Shown: one piece after another, positions 50,531-60,390 of the stretch
Layout: each line of letters begins with the position of its first letter
How positions within the stretch are numbered: the first letter of the stretch is position 1
Notes under the pieces: generated by a model
What the model was told of the DNA's origin: nothing
What the model saw: only the letters and a program-made list of their open reading frames with translations
Database searches by the model: none
Program-made: the position numbers and the translations under genes
Assembly (NCBI GenBank): GCA_965223325.1
Contig: CBDCWI010000001.1
Span: 64,001-128,000, forward strand
Direction of reading: 5' to 3'
Length of the DNA: 64,000 nucleotides
Source: Candidatus Multivoradales bacterium
GTDB taxonomy: Bacteria > Acidobacteriota > Thermoanaerobaculia > Multivoradales > Multivoraceae

Positions 50531-51490
50531 TCAGTGAACCGCGATCGGGTCGCCACCATCGTCACCCGGCGGCTCACCCTCGCCGGGTTCGGTCTCATCG
50601 GGCTCGATCTCGGTGCGCTGAAAGCGGTACGTCTCGCCGCAGTAGGAGCACTCCGCGTCGAGCGTGCCATCGGCCGACGTCAGCCACTCGCGGTCGTCGG
50701 CCGACAGCGCCTGCAGCTTGCGGCGCAGACCCTCGCGTTGACAGGAGCAGGCGTAGCGCAGTTCGCGGTGCTCGATTTCGGTCACCTCGAGGCCGTTGAA
50801 GATCGCCCGCATCAACGCACCCGCGCCACCTTCTTCCAGCAAGCGACTGACCGAGCTGAGGGCGAAGACCCGGCGCTCGACTTCAGTGATGACCGAGGAG
50901 TCCGTTCCCGGCATGGCCTCGACGATCAGCCCGCCGGCTGCCGCAATGCCCTCCGGGCGTACCAGGACTCCGAGCAGGACCGCCGCGTGACGCTGTTCGC
51001 TCTGGTCGAGGAAATGCGCCACGTCGGTGCCGATCTCGCCGTTGGTGAGCTCGACCCGGCTGACCCAGCTCCGGCCATCGGCCTGTTCGCGGCGCACCTC
51101 GAGCATGCCCTTCCCGAGCGCCGGGCCGACCCTGAGCTCGGCGCCGGCGCCTTCCCCACTCTCGGCGTGAGGCGCCCCGACCAGTCCTCGCAAAGCACCA
51201 CTGTCGTCGCACTCGGCAAAGACCCTCGCCAGTTCACCATCGCCTCGCGCGTCGAGTGAGAGGCGGCTGACCCGCTTCATCGACAAGCGCTGCAACAGCG
51301 CGGCGGCGGCCAGTGCACGCCCCAGCGCCACCGCAGCGACCGGGCCGAGATCGCGCCGCAGGCGTACTTCCTCGACGATCGCCGTGAGCTCGACGACTGC
51401 CCAGCGCAGGCTGCCGTCTGCAGCGAGTCCTACATTGAGTCGCCCCATACCGCCGGGCGAGAAGCCGCCGGTGACGGTTGCGCTGGTCAT
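50531..51490 (-). CDS. hslO: Hsp33 redox-regulated chaperone
   Basis: QSEQ, AAAGGLIVEAMPG, and zinc centre CSC...CSYC. The ATG overlaps the larC stop. Confidence 0.92.
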   Translation of the reverse strand: MTSATVTGGFSPGGMGRLNVGLAADGSLRWAVVELTAIVEEVRLRRDLGPVAAVALGRALAAAALLQRLSMKRVSRLSLDARGDGELARVFAECDDSGALRGLVGAPHAESGEGAGAELRVGPALGKGMLEVRREQADGRSWVSRVELTNGEIGTDVAHFLDQSEQRHAAVLLGVLVRPEGIAAAGGLIVEAMPGTDSSVITEVERRVFALSSVSRLLEEGGAGALMRAIFNGLEVTEIEHRELRYACSCQREGLRRKLQALSADDREWLTSADGTLDAECSYCGETYRFQRTEIEPDETEPGEGEPPGDDGGDPIAVH

Positions 51491-52863
51491 GGCGTACCGA
51501 CCCCCTTCTCGGACGCTGCTACCACCGCTGCACGGTAGACCTCGCGCCAGGGCACCTCGGCAGCACGGGCCAGACGACGGCAGTCTTCGAATTCGGGAGC
51601 ACGGGCGATTTCCCGCCCGCCGAGCACTGCCAGCTTGATGGTCACTGGCCCGTAGGAGGTCTCGACCGTCTGGGTGCTGCGTTCGGCCTCGAGCCGATCG
51701 GCCATCGTCCAACGACAGCCGAGACTGCCACTTTCGAGCAGCAGGAGGTGCGCGAGGTGCTCGCGGTCATCGGGCCGGGCGAGCACGCTCACGAGCACTC
51801 CGGGACGCCCCTTCTTCATCTGCACCGGGGTATAGAACACATCGAGCGCCCCGGCGTCTGCAAGGCGCTCGAAGAGAAACCCGAAGCCCTCGCCACTCAG
51901 ATCGTCGATCTGCGCTTCGAGCACCGCCACGCGCGCCGTTGCCGCTGCGCTTGCATGACCGAGGGCGAGCCGCAGGACGTTGGGCTGCGAAGCCAGGTCC
52001 CAGCGGCCGAGGCCGTACCCCAGGTTGTCGATCACCATCTCCGGACCAGGAACGTAGCGATCGACCAGGGCGTCGAGGATCAAGGCACCCGTCGGGGTCA
52101 CCAGTTCGCCCGGCGGCCCCGGCGCGATCGGGACACCACAGAGGAGCGCCGCAGTGGCGGGAGCCGGCACGGGTACGACCCCGTGCTCGGTGCGCACCCG
52201 ACCACTTCCCACCACGACGGTCCCGCAGGTCACCAGCTTAGGCTGCAGAAACTGCTCGATCGCCAGGGCAGCACCGACAATGTCGACGATCGAGTCGAGG
52301 GCACCGACCTCGTGGAAGTGAACTTCATGGATCGAAACGCCGTGGATTAGGGCCTCGACCTCGCCGAGTCGTTCGAACATCGCCACCGCCCGGTCGCGCA
52401 CCCCCGAAGCGAGACCGCTGGCCTGGATCAGGCTTCTGATCGTGTCGAGGCCGCGGTGTTCATGGTGTTGATGCTCGCTTCGTTCGCTGCTGTGGCGGTG
52501 ACCATGGTGCCCATGAGCATGACGGCCCCCATGATCGTGATCATGATCACGGGTGGACGCACCGGTGATGACCGTCGCCGCATGATCACCCTGCCAGGAG
52601 GGGCCAGAGCTCTCCCGATCGTCGCTTGTTGCCTCCTCGGGGTCGGGACCTTCGAGGGCGCGACCCTTCTCGAGAGCCCGCAGGCGCACTCCCGACACGC
52701 CGCCGCGCAGCGCCCGCCGCGCCTCGATCGACAGCTCGGGTATGCCCAGTGAACCCACCGCTTCGGCGAGCAGCTCGGGGGGCATTCCGAGGTCGATGCA
52801 GGCGCCCAGGAACATGTCGCCGGCGATTCCAGATGGGCAGTCGATATGAAGAACACGGCTCAT
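51487..52863 (-). CDS. larC: Nickel pincer cofactor nickel-insertion protein LarC
   Basis: SGIAGDMFLGA, His-rich tract, VHFHEVGALDSIVDIVG, HGVVPVPAPAT, ELVTPTGA, MKKGRPG and PEFEDC. Confidence 0.93.
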   Translation of the reverse strand: MSRVLHIDCPSGIAGDMFLGACIDLGMPPELLAEAVGSLGIPELSIEARRALRGGVSGVRLRALEKGRALEGPDPEEATSDDRESSGPSWQGDHAATVITGASTRDHDHDHGGRHAHGHHGHRHSSERSEHQHHEHRGLDTIRSLIQASGLASGVRDRAVAMFERLGEVEALIHGVSIHEVHFHEVGALDSIVDIVGAALAIEQFLQPKLVTCGTVVVGSGRVRTEHGVVPVPAPATAALLCGVPIAPGPPGELVTPTGALILDALVDRYVPGPEMVIDNLGYGLGRWDLASQPNVLRLALGHASAAATARVAVLEAQIDDLSGEGFGFLFERLADAGALDVFYTPVQMKKGRPGVLVSVLARPDDREHLAHLLLLESGSLGCRWTMADRLEAERSTQTVETSYGPVTIKLAVLGGREIARAPEFEDCRRLARAAEVPWREVYRAAVVAASEKGVGTP

Positions 52864-52895
52864 GGAACTTGAGACGGTATAACACCCGATCGCCT

Positions 52896-53729
52896 CTACC
52901 AGCCGCCTCGTTCCCGCAGCGACACGTACTGCCCTCCAACTCCCAGGACCAGATGATCGAGGAGCTCTAGACCGACGATCTCGCAGGCCTCGTGAAGGCG
53001 ACGGGTGAACACCAGGTCCTCGGCGCTAGGCGACGGGTCACCGCTCGGGTGGGTATGAAATAGAACCAGCCCAGCGGCCCCGGCGACGATGCCCTGCGCC
53101 AGGATCGCACGCGGTTCCACCGACGTCCGCGTGAGCGTGCCACGGAAGAGCTCACGCTCTCGCAGCAGTCGGTGACGGCTGTCGGTGTAGAGGGCGCCCA
53201 TCACTTCCTGGTCGCGGCGGCCGTAGCGCAGCAGGAGATAGCGCGCCGCCGCCCCCGCGCGACGGAGATCGGGCCGCGCCAGAAAATCCTCGCGGGCCAG
53301 GCGGCGTCCCAGTTCGAGAGCCGCAAGGATGGAGGCGCCCTTGGCAGGCCCGACGCCCGGCCGACAGAGCTCATCGAACCCGGCGTGCTGCAGACCATCG
53401 AGCCCATCGACTGCGTCGAGCAACTCGCGCGCCACCGCCTTGGCGGACGCACCCCGATGACCGGTACGGAGGAGAAGCGCTACCAACTCGTCCTCTCCCA
53501 GGCGACCTGCGCCATGACGCAGCAAACGCTCACGCGGCCGCTCCTGCTCCGACCAGCTGCTGGAGGCGGGGCTCAGTGTATCGACTCCTCCATGGCCTGC
53601 ACGGCGCAGAGGAGCCTTGCCGGTCTGGGTGGCTCTCTGGGCCTCGCCCACCCGGCCTTTCTCGACCCTCTGCGCCTCAAGCGCCGACGCCCTCACCGGG
53701 CCATGACCTAAGGTTCTCTTCTCGTTCAT
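52896..53729 (-). CDS. radC: RadC/UPF0758 JAB-domain protein
   Basis: ERPRERLL, HhH GVGPAKG, HTHPSGDPSPSAED and LLDHLV. Confidence 0.92.
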   Translation of the reverse strand: MNEKRTLGHGPVRASALEAQRVEKGRVGEAQRATQTGKAPLRRAGHGGVDTLSPASSSWSEQERPRERLLRHGAGRLGEDELVALLLRTGHRGASAKAVARELLDAVDGLDGLQHAGFDELCRPGVGPAKGASILAALELGRRLAREDFLARPDLRRAGAAARYLLLRYGRRDQEVMGALYTDSRHRLLRERELFRGTLTRTSVEPRAILAQGIVAGAAGLVLFHTHPSGDPSPSAEDLVFTRRLHEACEIVGLELLDHLVLGVGGQYVSLRERGGW

Positions 53730-53974
53730 CTTCGACTCCCTGGTGCGAACTGTCGAGATCGGCTTCGTTGCACCGCACCAACAACGAACCGAAGCCCGAG
53801 GGGTCTCCTGTGACCTCTCTCAGCTCCTGAGACGCAAAACACCGGCAAGACCTTGCACGACGGTCCCATGCGTCTGTCACTCCCACCCGACCACCGGCCG
53901 AAGGGGGCGTATGCTGTCTGCTCAGCGCGCTGGACGTTTCGGCGCCCCAACCACCTAGGAAACAGAGTCCTCCC

Positions 53975-54922
53975 ATGTCGCGACCGAACCACTCTCTTCT
54001 GCCAGATCGATCGGAGATCAGCTTTCTCGGCGACGACCTGAGACGAGTCGCGCGTTGCGACTGCCGTTACGCCCTGGTTCCGGTGCCATGGGAGGCGACC
54101 GTTTCGTGGGGAACCGGAACCGCGGACGGACCGCGGGCGCTCCTCGATGCGTCCCAGTACGTCGAGCTCTGGGACGAGGAACTGCGCACAGAGGCCTGGA
54201 CCGCTGGGATCTACACCTATTCGCCCATCGCCCTTCCACCGATCGAGGAGGAGCTTCCCGCGCACCACGAAGTCGTGTGGGCTGCGGTCGAAGCGATCCA
54301 TCGGACGGCTGCCCACATCCTGGCAGAGGGGCACCGAACCCTCTTTCTCGGTGGTGAGCATGGCATCACGCCGCCGCTGGTTCGCGCCGCCCTCGAGCAC
54401 TTCGGTGATCTGGCAGTGGTGCAGTTCGATGCCCACGCCGACCTGCGTCAGACCTACCACGGTACGCCCTGGAGTCACGCCTGCGCCATGGCCAGGGTGC
54501 GTGATCTCGGGGTCGAACACCTCGCGGTCGGCATTCGGTCACTGACTCCTGAAGGCGCCCGGCGTATCGACGATGAGGGCTTTCCTGTCCTTTGGGCCGA
54601 TCCACTTCTGCTGCCTCCCAACGAGCTCGAAGAGCGCTTCCGCGAGGCCCTCAAAGCGCTTCCCGAGTCGATCTACCTGACCTTCGATGTCGACTGGTTC
54701 GATCCGAGCGAGCTCCCAGCCACCGGCACTCCCGAGCCCGGCGGAGGCGACTGGTTTGGCGCCCTGCGCCTGCTGCGCATTCTGTTCGAAGAGAAGCGCG
54801 TGGTCGCCGGCGATGTGGTCGAGCTGGCACCCCACCCGGAGCACGCCGCCAGCGACTTCCTGGTCGCCAAACTGGTCTACAAGATGATTGGCTACTGGCA
54901 GAAAACCCGGCCCTCTGTGTAG
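53975..54922 (+). CDS. speB: Agmatinase (ureohydrolase family)
   Basis: GGEH, DAHADLR, SHAC, TFDVD and TGTPEPGG. Confidence 0.9.
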   Translation: MSRPNHSLLPDRSEISFLGDDLRRVARCDCRYALVPVPWEATVSWGTGTADGPRALLDASQYVELWDEELRTEAWTAGIYTYSPIALPPIEEELPAHHEVVWAAVEAIHRTAAHILAEGHRTLFLGGEHGITPPLVRAALEHFGDLAVVQFDAHADLRQTYHGTPWSHACAMARVRDLGVEHLAVGIRSLTPEGARRIDDEGFPVLWADPLLLPPNELEERFREALKALPESIYLTFDVDWFDPSELPATGTPEPGGGDWFGALRLLRILFEEKRVVAGDVVELAPHPEHAASDFLVAKLVYKMIGYWQKTRPSV

Positions 54923-54953
54923 GGACAGCGGCGCTGCTAGACTCCCGCGCGCC

Positions 54954-55823
54954 ATGACTTCCGAAGAGCCGCCAGAGGATTCCGTCACCGACGCCCCCAC
55001 CGAAGGTCCGCAGACAGAAGGCCCACAGACTGGCGGCCCGCGGACTGGCAAGCCCTTCGAGGACGCGACCCTCTCAGGGACTCTCGACCTCCGGCAGCCG
55101 ATGACCGAGGAGTGGCCGCTCCTTCGCGGCCCGGGCAGTCGTACCGAGGAGTTCTTCCGCGCCTGCCGCATCTTCGCCGAGTTCATTCGCGGCTTCCGCG
55201 CCCTGCACTTCATCGGTCCTTGCGTCACCGTCTTCGGCTCGGCCCGCTTTGAACAGGACCATCCCTACTCCCTCCTCGCCGAGCGCACCGCGCAACGCGC
55301 CGCCGAAGCCGGCTACGCAGTAATGACCGGCGGCGGTCCCGGCATCATGGAGGCGGCCAACCGTGGCGCCAAGCTGGGTGACGGTGTCTCGATCGGCTGT
55401 GGGATCCAACTGCCCTTCGAAGAGGCACAGAACGAACACATCGACATCTGGGTCAAGTTCAACTACTTCTTCGTGCGCAAAGTCATGCTGGTGAAGTACT
55501 CGCAGGCATTCATCGTCATGCCGGGTGGCTTCGGCACCATGGATGAGATCTTCGAGACAGCGACCCTCATTCAAACGCGCAAGATCAAGGAGTTCCCCCT
55601 GATCCTGATGGGCTCGGAGTATTGGAAGCCTCTGCTCGATTTCCAGCGCAACGTGATGGTCAAGGACCTGACCATCAGTCCCGACGACCCCGATCGTTTC
55701 TTCGTCACCGACTCGCCGGAGGAGGCTCTCGAGGCCATTCGTCGCGGCAGTCGCTGGTACGGCAAGGAGTTTCGCAAGCAGGCTCGCCAGCTCGAGCTGT
55801 TCCGCAAGAAGCAGAAGCGCTGA
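54954..55823 (+). CDS. LOG/TIGR00730 Rossmann-fold nucleotide phosphoribohydrolase
   Basis: FGSAR, TGGGPGIMEAAN, YFFVRKVML and PGGFGTMDE. The N-terminus has 15-bp repeats (55002-55046). Confidence 0.92.
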   Translation: MTSEEPPEDSVTDAPTEGPQTEGPQTGGPRTGKPFEDATLSGTLDLRQPMTEEWPLLRGPGSRTEEFFRACRIFAEFIRGFRALHFIGPCVTVFGSARFEQDHPYSLLAERTAQRAAEAGYAVMTGGGPGIMEAANRGAKLGDGVSIGCGIQLPFEEAQNEHIDIWVKFNYFFVRKVMLVKYSQAFIVMPGGFGTMDEIFETATLIQTRKIKEFPLILMGSEYWKPLLDFQRNVMVKDLTISPDDPDRFFVTDSPEEALEAIRRGSRWYGKEFRKQARQLELFRKKQKR

Positions 55824-55880
55824 CACCACCTCCCAGCCCATGCCCTGCCATCGGCGACGGGCGCTTCTGGGCGCCGACGA

Positions 55881-57440
55881 TCACCAGAGGCCGACCCACG
55901 GTCCGATCAGCGCGGAAAGCACCACAACCGCGACCAGTGCCGCGAGGTTGAGCCACAGACCGGCACGTACCATCTGCGGAATGGTGATCTCGCCTGATCC
56001 AAAGACGATCGCGTTCGGCGGCGTCGCCACGGGCATCATGAAGGCGCAACTCGCCGCTAGCACCATCGGCACGAGCAGCCGCATGGGCTCGATTCCCACA
56101 CCCTCGGCGACCGCCGCGACGATGGGCATGAACGTCGCGGTGGTGGCGGTGTTCGAGGTCATCTCGGTCAGACCCATCACCGCCGCTGCCACCGCCATCA
56201 CGAAGATCATCGGTGGCGCCTCACCGAGCCCGGCGAGACCACGGCCGACAAAGCGATCGACGCCGGTCAGAGAGACCAGCGCGGCGAGACTGAGGCCGCC
56301 GCCGAACAGCAGCAGAATCCCCCACGGCAGGTGGCGAGCGTCGCGCCACCGCAAGACGAAGTCGCCGCGTTTGAGGTCGAGCGGCCAGGCGAAGAGAACC
56401 AGGGCAGCCAGCATGGCGATTCCAGAGTCCGAGACGCCGGCAAACAGCCGCTCTCCTCCGATCTCGACAGCGGCGAGGCGCGAGCGCGCCATCCACAGGA
56501 ACGCGGTGGCCACAAAGACCGCCAGCACGATGCGCTCGGGACCACCGATCGGCCCGAGGCGGTCCAACTCGCGGCGCACCAACTGGCGTCCACCAGGAAT
56601 CCGCTCGACCTCGGGCCGGTACAGACGGCAGACCAACCACCAGGTGAGCGGCAACATGGCTACAGCGATCGCCAGGCCGAGCGGCAACCAGGCACCGAAC
56701 GCCAGGTCGATGCGGTACCGGTCGGCGGCGAAGCTCGCCAAGAGCGTGTTCGGCGGCGTACCGATCAGGGTGGCGGTCCCCCCGATCGACGCCGCATAGG
56801 CCATGCCGAGCAGGAGCGCAATCGCGAACCGGAAGGGCTCACCCTCGACCGGAGCCGCGCCCTCCTCCTCGAGCCGTTGGCGCACCAGCGCGATCACCGA
56901 GAGGGCGATCGGCAGCATCATGACGACCGTCGCCGTGTTAGAGATCCACATGCTCAAGAACCCGCTCGCGAGCATGAAGCCGAGGACCATGAAGCGTGAC
57001 CGTTCGCCCACCATCGCCACCGTGGCGAGGGCAAGCCGACGATGGAGACCATGACGCTGCATCGCCAGCGCCAACATGAAGCCACCCATGTAGAGAAAGA
57101 TCAGGTGGTTGGCGTAGGGACTGGCCGCCTCTTGAATCGACACCTCCCCAGCGGAGAGAAGCGGCACGGCCGCAAGCGGCAAGAGAGCCGTGGCGGGAAC
57201 CGGCAGCGCTTCGGACAGCCACCAGACGGCCATCCACACCCCCACCGCAGCCACCACCCGACCCTGGTGTTCGAGCCCCGAGACGATCTCCCCAGAGGGC
57301 GCGAACTGCGCCTCCGGAATCAGCACATAGACCAAAAGGGCCAGGAGTGGGCCGGCCGCCAGTCCGGCGTGGTTCAACCAGCGCGTCCGATCAGACGCCG
57401 GCCCCTCGTGGCTCAGCTCTGCCCCGGCTGCTGGAGCCAC
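55881..57440 (-). CDS. DASS/SLC13 sodium:dicarboxylate or sulfate symporter
   Basis: Two SNTAT motifs, IGTPPN, ATPPNA and many TMs. Confidence 0.93.
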   Translation of the reverse strand: MAPAAGAELSHEGPASDRTRWLNHAGLAAGPLLALLVYVLIPEAQFAPSGEIVSGLEHQGRVVAAVGVWMAVWWLSEALPVPATALLPLAAVPLLSAGEVSIQEAASPYANHLIFLYMGGFMLALAMQRHGLHRRLALATVAMVGERSRFMVLGFMLASGFLSMWISNTATVVMMLPIALSVIALVRQRLEEEGAAPVEGEPFRFAIALLLGMAYAASIGGTATLIGTPPNTLLASFAADRYRIDLAFGAWLPLGLAIAVAMLPLTWWLVCRLYRPEVERIPGGRQLVRRELDRLGPIGGPERIVLAVFVATAFLWMARSRLAAVEIGGERLFAGVSDSGIAMLAALVLFAWPLDLKRGDFVLRWRDARHLPWGILLLFGGGLSLAALVSLTGVDRFVGRGLAGLGEAPPMIFVMAVAAAVMGLTEMTSNTATTATFMPIVAAVAEGVGIEPMRLLVPMVLAASCAFMMPVATPPNAIVFGSGEITIPQMVRAGLWLNLAALVAVVVLSALIGPWVGLW

Positions 57441-59110
57441 GGCTTACGCTCGAAGTAGCTGTGGGTGAGCTTGGCCACCACCCCGGAGAGCATCAGCACG
57501 GCAAGCAGGTTGGGGAACGTCACGATCCCCAGAGCGACATCGCCGAGTGTCCAGATGAACGCCAGACTGATGATCGAGCCCAGGAAGTGCATGACGATGT
57601 AGATCACCTTGTAGGGCAGGATGGCCTTCTTGCCGAACAGGTAGTTGGCGCAGCGGTCGCCGTAGTAGCTCCACGAAATCGCCGTTGAAATGCCAAACAA
57701 GATGACCGAGAGGATCACCACATAGTGGCCCCAATCTCCCAGCGGGCTCAACCCACGACGGAACGCCGCCTGGGTGAGGGGGGCGCCGGTCTCGACCGCC
57801 AGACCGTGCACCGCCGGATAGACCGAACCGTCGGTGTGAACGGCCTCTCCGCTGTCGATCTTGATGGTGCCATCGAAGGGCACCATCATGGCGGCGTCGA
57901 CGAAGACCTTCTCGACCATCACTTCGTGCCAGGCCAACGCGACGTCCCCGACCACCTCGCCGCCCTCGAAACGCATCTCGGTCGGCTGGTCGACGTCTGT
58001 CCACTCGCCGCCCGCGAGGCTGACGTAGGAGGCGTCGCCGCTGCCGATCGGCATCTCGGTCGGAAAGCGGTCATCCCAGACCCCAGTGGTGAGGATGACG
58101 AAACCGGTCAGGCTGCAGATGACGATGGTGTCGATGAACGGCTCGAGCAGAGCGACGACACCTTCTGAGACCGGTTCGTCGGTCTTGGCGGCCGCGTGCG
58201 CGATGGGCGCCGAACCCTGGCCCGCTTCGTTCGAGAACAGACCGCGACGTACGCCCCACATCATGGTCATCAAGAAGGCGCCAGCGCCGGTCCCGGCAAC
58301 GCCGGCACTCGGGTTGAAAGCCTCGCGAAGGATGAGCGCGAAGGTCCCCGGCAGCTCGGCGAAGTTGAGCAGCAGAATGATCAGCGCAGCCACCGTGTAG
58401 ATCGCCGCCATCACCGGCGCCAGAATGCTGGTCACCCGCCCGATGCGGGAAATGCCGCCGAGAATGACCGCCGAGACGATGCTGGCCGTGATCAGGCCGC
58501 AGATCCACACCGGAACGCCAAATTCGGTGTTGACCGCATCGGCAACGGTGTTCGACTGCACCCCGTTGCCGGTCAGGAACGAGGTGACGATCAGCGCGCC
58601 GGCAAAGAACATCGCCAGGGGTTTCCAGCCCAGGCCTTTCTCCATGTAGTACATCGGCCCGCCCGAGACGGTGCCTTCCCACCTGGTGGGGTCCTTGTCT
58701 GGACCCTCGACGACGCGGTAGTGCTGCGCCAGGGTGACCTCGGAGTATTTGAGCCCCATGCCGATGAAGGCCGTCACCCACATCCAGAAGAGTGCACCGG
58801 GCCCGCCAAAGTGAATCGCGATCGCGACGCCAGCGATATTGCCGATGCCAACAGTTGCCGAGAGCGCCGTCGTCAGCGCCTGAAAGTGCGAGACGTCGCC
58901 AGGCTCGTTGGGGTCGTCGTAGCGACCGGTGGTGACCCCGAAACCGTGTGCCAGGCGGCGCACCTGCGGAAAGCCGAGGCGAAACATCAAGAAGATGCCG
59001 GTACCCAGGAGGGCAATCACCAGGAGGGGAATCGACTGGTCGCCAACCGGGATCCCGAAGTTCCAGACGTAGTGTTCGAGGGTTCCGACGATCGACTCGA
59101 AGGTCTGCAT
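57413..59110 (-). CDS. AGCS-family alanine/glycine:cation symporter
   Basis: ATVGIGNIAGVA, GGPGALFWMW, GGPMYY, RGLFSNEAGQGSAP and PFIDT. Start MQTFES at 59110. Confidence 0.94.
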   Translation of the reverse strand: MQTFESIVGTLEHYVWNFGIPVGDQSIPLLVIALLGTGIFLMFRLGFPQVRRLAHGFGVTTGRYDDPNEPGDVSHFQALTTALSATVGIGNIAGVAIAIHFGGPGALFWMWVTAFIGMGLKYSEVTLAQHYRVVEGPDKDPTRWEGTVSGGPMYYMEKGLGWKPLAMFFAGALIVTSFLTGNGVQSNTVADAVNTEFGVPVWICGLITASIVSAVILGGISRIGRVTSILAPVMAAIYTVAALIILLLNFAELPGTFALILREAFNPSAGVAGTGAGAFLMTMMWGVRRGLFSNEAGQGSAPIAHAAAKTDEPVSEGVVALLEPFIDTIVICSLTGFVILTTGVWDDRFPTEMPIGSGDASYVSLAGGEWTDVDQPTEMRFEGGEVVGDVALAWHEVMVEKVFVDAAMMVPFDGTIKIDSGEAVHTDGSVYPAVHGLAVETGAPLTQAAFRRGLSPLGDWGHYVVILSVILFGISTAISWSYYGDRCANYLFGKKAILPYKVIYIVMHFLGSIISLAFIWTLGDVALGIVTFPNLLAVLMLSGVVAKLTHSYFERKPWLQQPGQS

Positions 59111-59220
59111 ACTCGCTTCCTTCCCGCGCTGCCTCAAACGAAGAGCGCGCACTGGAACCGGCGCGACGACGGTCGCCGGGTCCCGCTCTTGGGTTGTGAA
59201 ATGGTGTGAAGTTGCGGGAT

Positions 59221-60282
59221 TTATAGCACGCCGAGCGCGCCCAGGACGTGGCGGTAGAAACGACGGCGCCAGCCGTGAAGCGGCGCTTCTGACGACTCGC
59301 GGTAGCCCAGGAGAACGACGGTCACCCTCGGCCCGGGGTCGTGCCACACACTGCCGCCCACAAAGCCCGTATGGCCGAACGACCCCGCCCTGAAGGGGCT
59401 GGCCTCGCCGCGGGTCCGCCGACGCTCCCAACCCAGCGCGTAACGTCCTGGAGGTCCTCGAAGCGCCCGGTCGACGGTCGCGGGCCTGAGCGCGCCGTTC
59501 GCGCCGCCGGTCGCCGGCGCCTCTGTCCAACAGCCGACCAGGCCGGCGACGTCGGTGACCGTGCCGAAGAGCCCGGCGTGGCCGGCGGGCCCGAGAAAGC
59601 GCGCGTTTCCGTCTTGAACCTGACCCGAACGCGGCGGCCCGAGCGGTTCGATCTCGAGGCCGAGGCCGGCGGCCAGGCGAACCTCCTGATCGGTATCGAT
59701 CGGACTCGCGAGACTCGGCGCCCCAGGGGTGGCACGCGTGCGGAAGTGGGCCCCGGTCGCCGCCAGCGGATCCTGGCTTTCGGCAGCGAAGATCTCACCC
59801 AGGGCACGGCCGGTTGTGTGCTCCAGGAGCACTCCTGCCAGGATGTACGACAGGTCGCTGTAGGTCCCACGGCGTCCTCCCAGCCACTCGCCACCCAGAA
59901 GTCGAGCAACAGCCTGCCTGGGCCCCTCTGTGAGGGCGTAGAGGGGTACCCAGGGCAACAGCCCTGCCCGATGGCGCAGGAGCTCTCCCACCGTGCGTCG
60001 ACCCAGCGCGGCAGAGAGCGCCAGCGGAGCATCGGTCTCTTTTCCAGGAACCTCAGCCAACGGCTGGTCGAGTTCGAGGTCGCCGGCCTCGACGACGCGC
60101 AGGAGGGCAGTCGCCACGAAGGGTTTGGTGATCGACGCCAGATCGAAGACCTGGTCGGGACCTTGCGCCGCGCCGGCGGCACCCTGCCAGACCAAGCGCC
60201 CGCTTTGTTCGACCCGCAGAGCGACCGATGTCCACGGGCCAGCGGCGGTGAGCTCCGCGAGCGCCCTGGCCCAGGGGGTCAC
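59221..60282 (-). CDS. Beta-lactamase/AmpC-like serine hydrolase
   Basis: FDLASITK (SxxK), LLRHRAGL, YSD, GHAGLFG and GHTGF. Confidence 0.9.
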   Translation of the reverse strand: MTPWARALAELTAAGPWTSVALRVEQSGRLVWQGAAGAAQGPDQVFDLASITKPFVATALLRVVEAGDLELDQPLAEVPGKETDAPLALSAALGRRTVGELLRHRAGLLPWVPLYALTEGPRQAVARLLGGEWLGGRRGTYSDLSYILAGVLLEHTTGRALGEIFAAESQDPLAATGAHFRTRATPGAPSLASPIDTDQEVRLAAGLGLEIEPLGPPRSGQVQDGNARFLGPAGHAGLFGTVTDVAGLVGCWTEAPATGGANGALRPATVDRALRGPPGRYALGWERRRTRGEASPFRAGSFGHTGFVGGSVWHDPGPRVTVVLLGYRESSEAPLHGWRRRFYRHVLGALGVL

Positions 60283-60390
60283 CGTGGCCCTCCGGTGGGG
60301 ATCTGGCGGCTGACGATCCTGAGATTGTCTCGGCCGATCGCCAAAAGGCTAACCCTCCCAAGGCCACCCTTGCTAAGCTGGGGCTTCATC

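Noticed and set aside
52896-53729. radC as a marker of a mobile or defence island
   Set aside because: It is the full-length chromosomal form with HhH, among housekeeping genes, with no integrase or CBASS partners.
59111-59220. Glycine riboswitch before the alanine/glycine symporter
   Set aside because: The spacer is only about 110 bp and lacks recognisable aptamer motifs.
59341-60390. N-terminal 350-aa extension of the second kinase
   Set aside because: It is the antisense shadow of the serine hydrolase gene. The kinase domain starts at ATG 60391.
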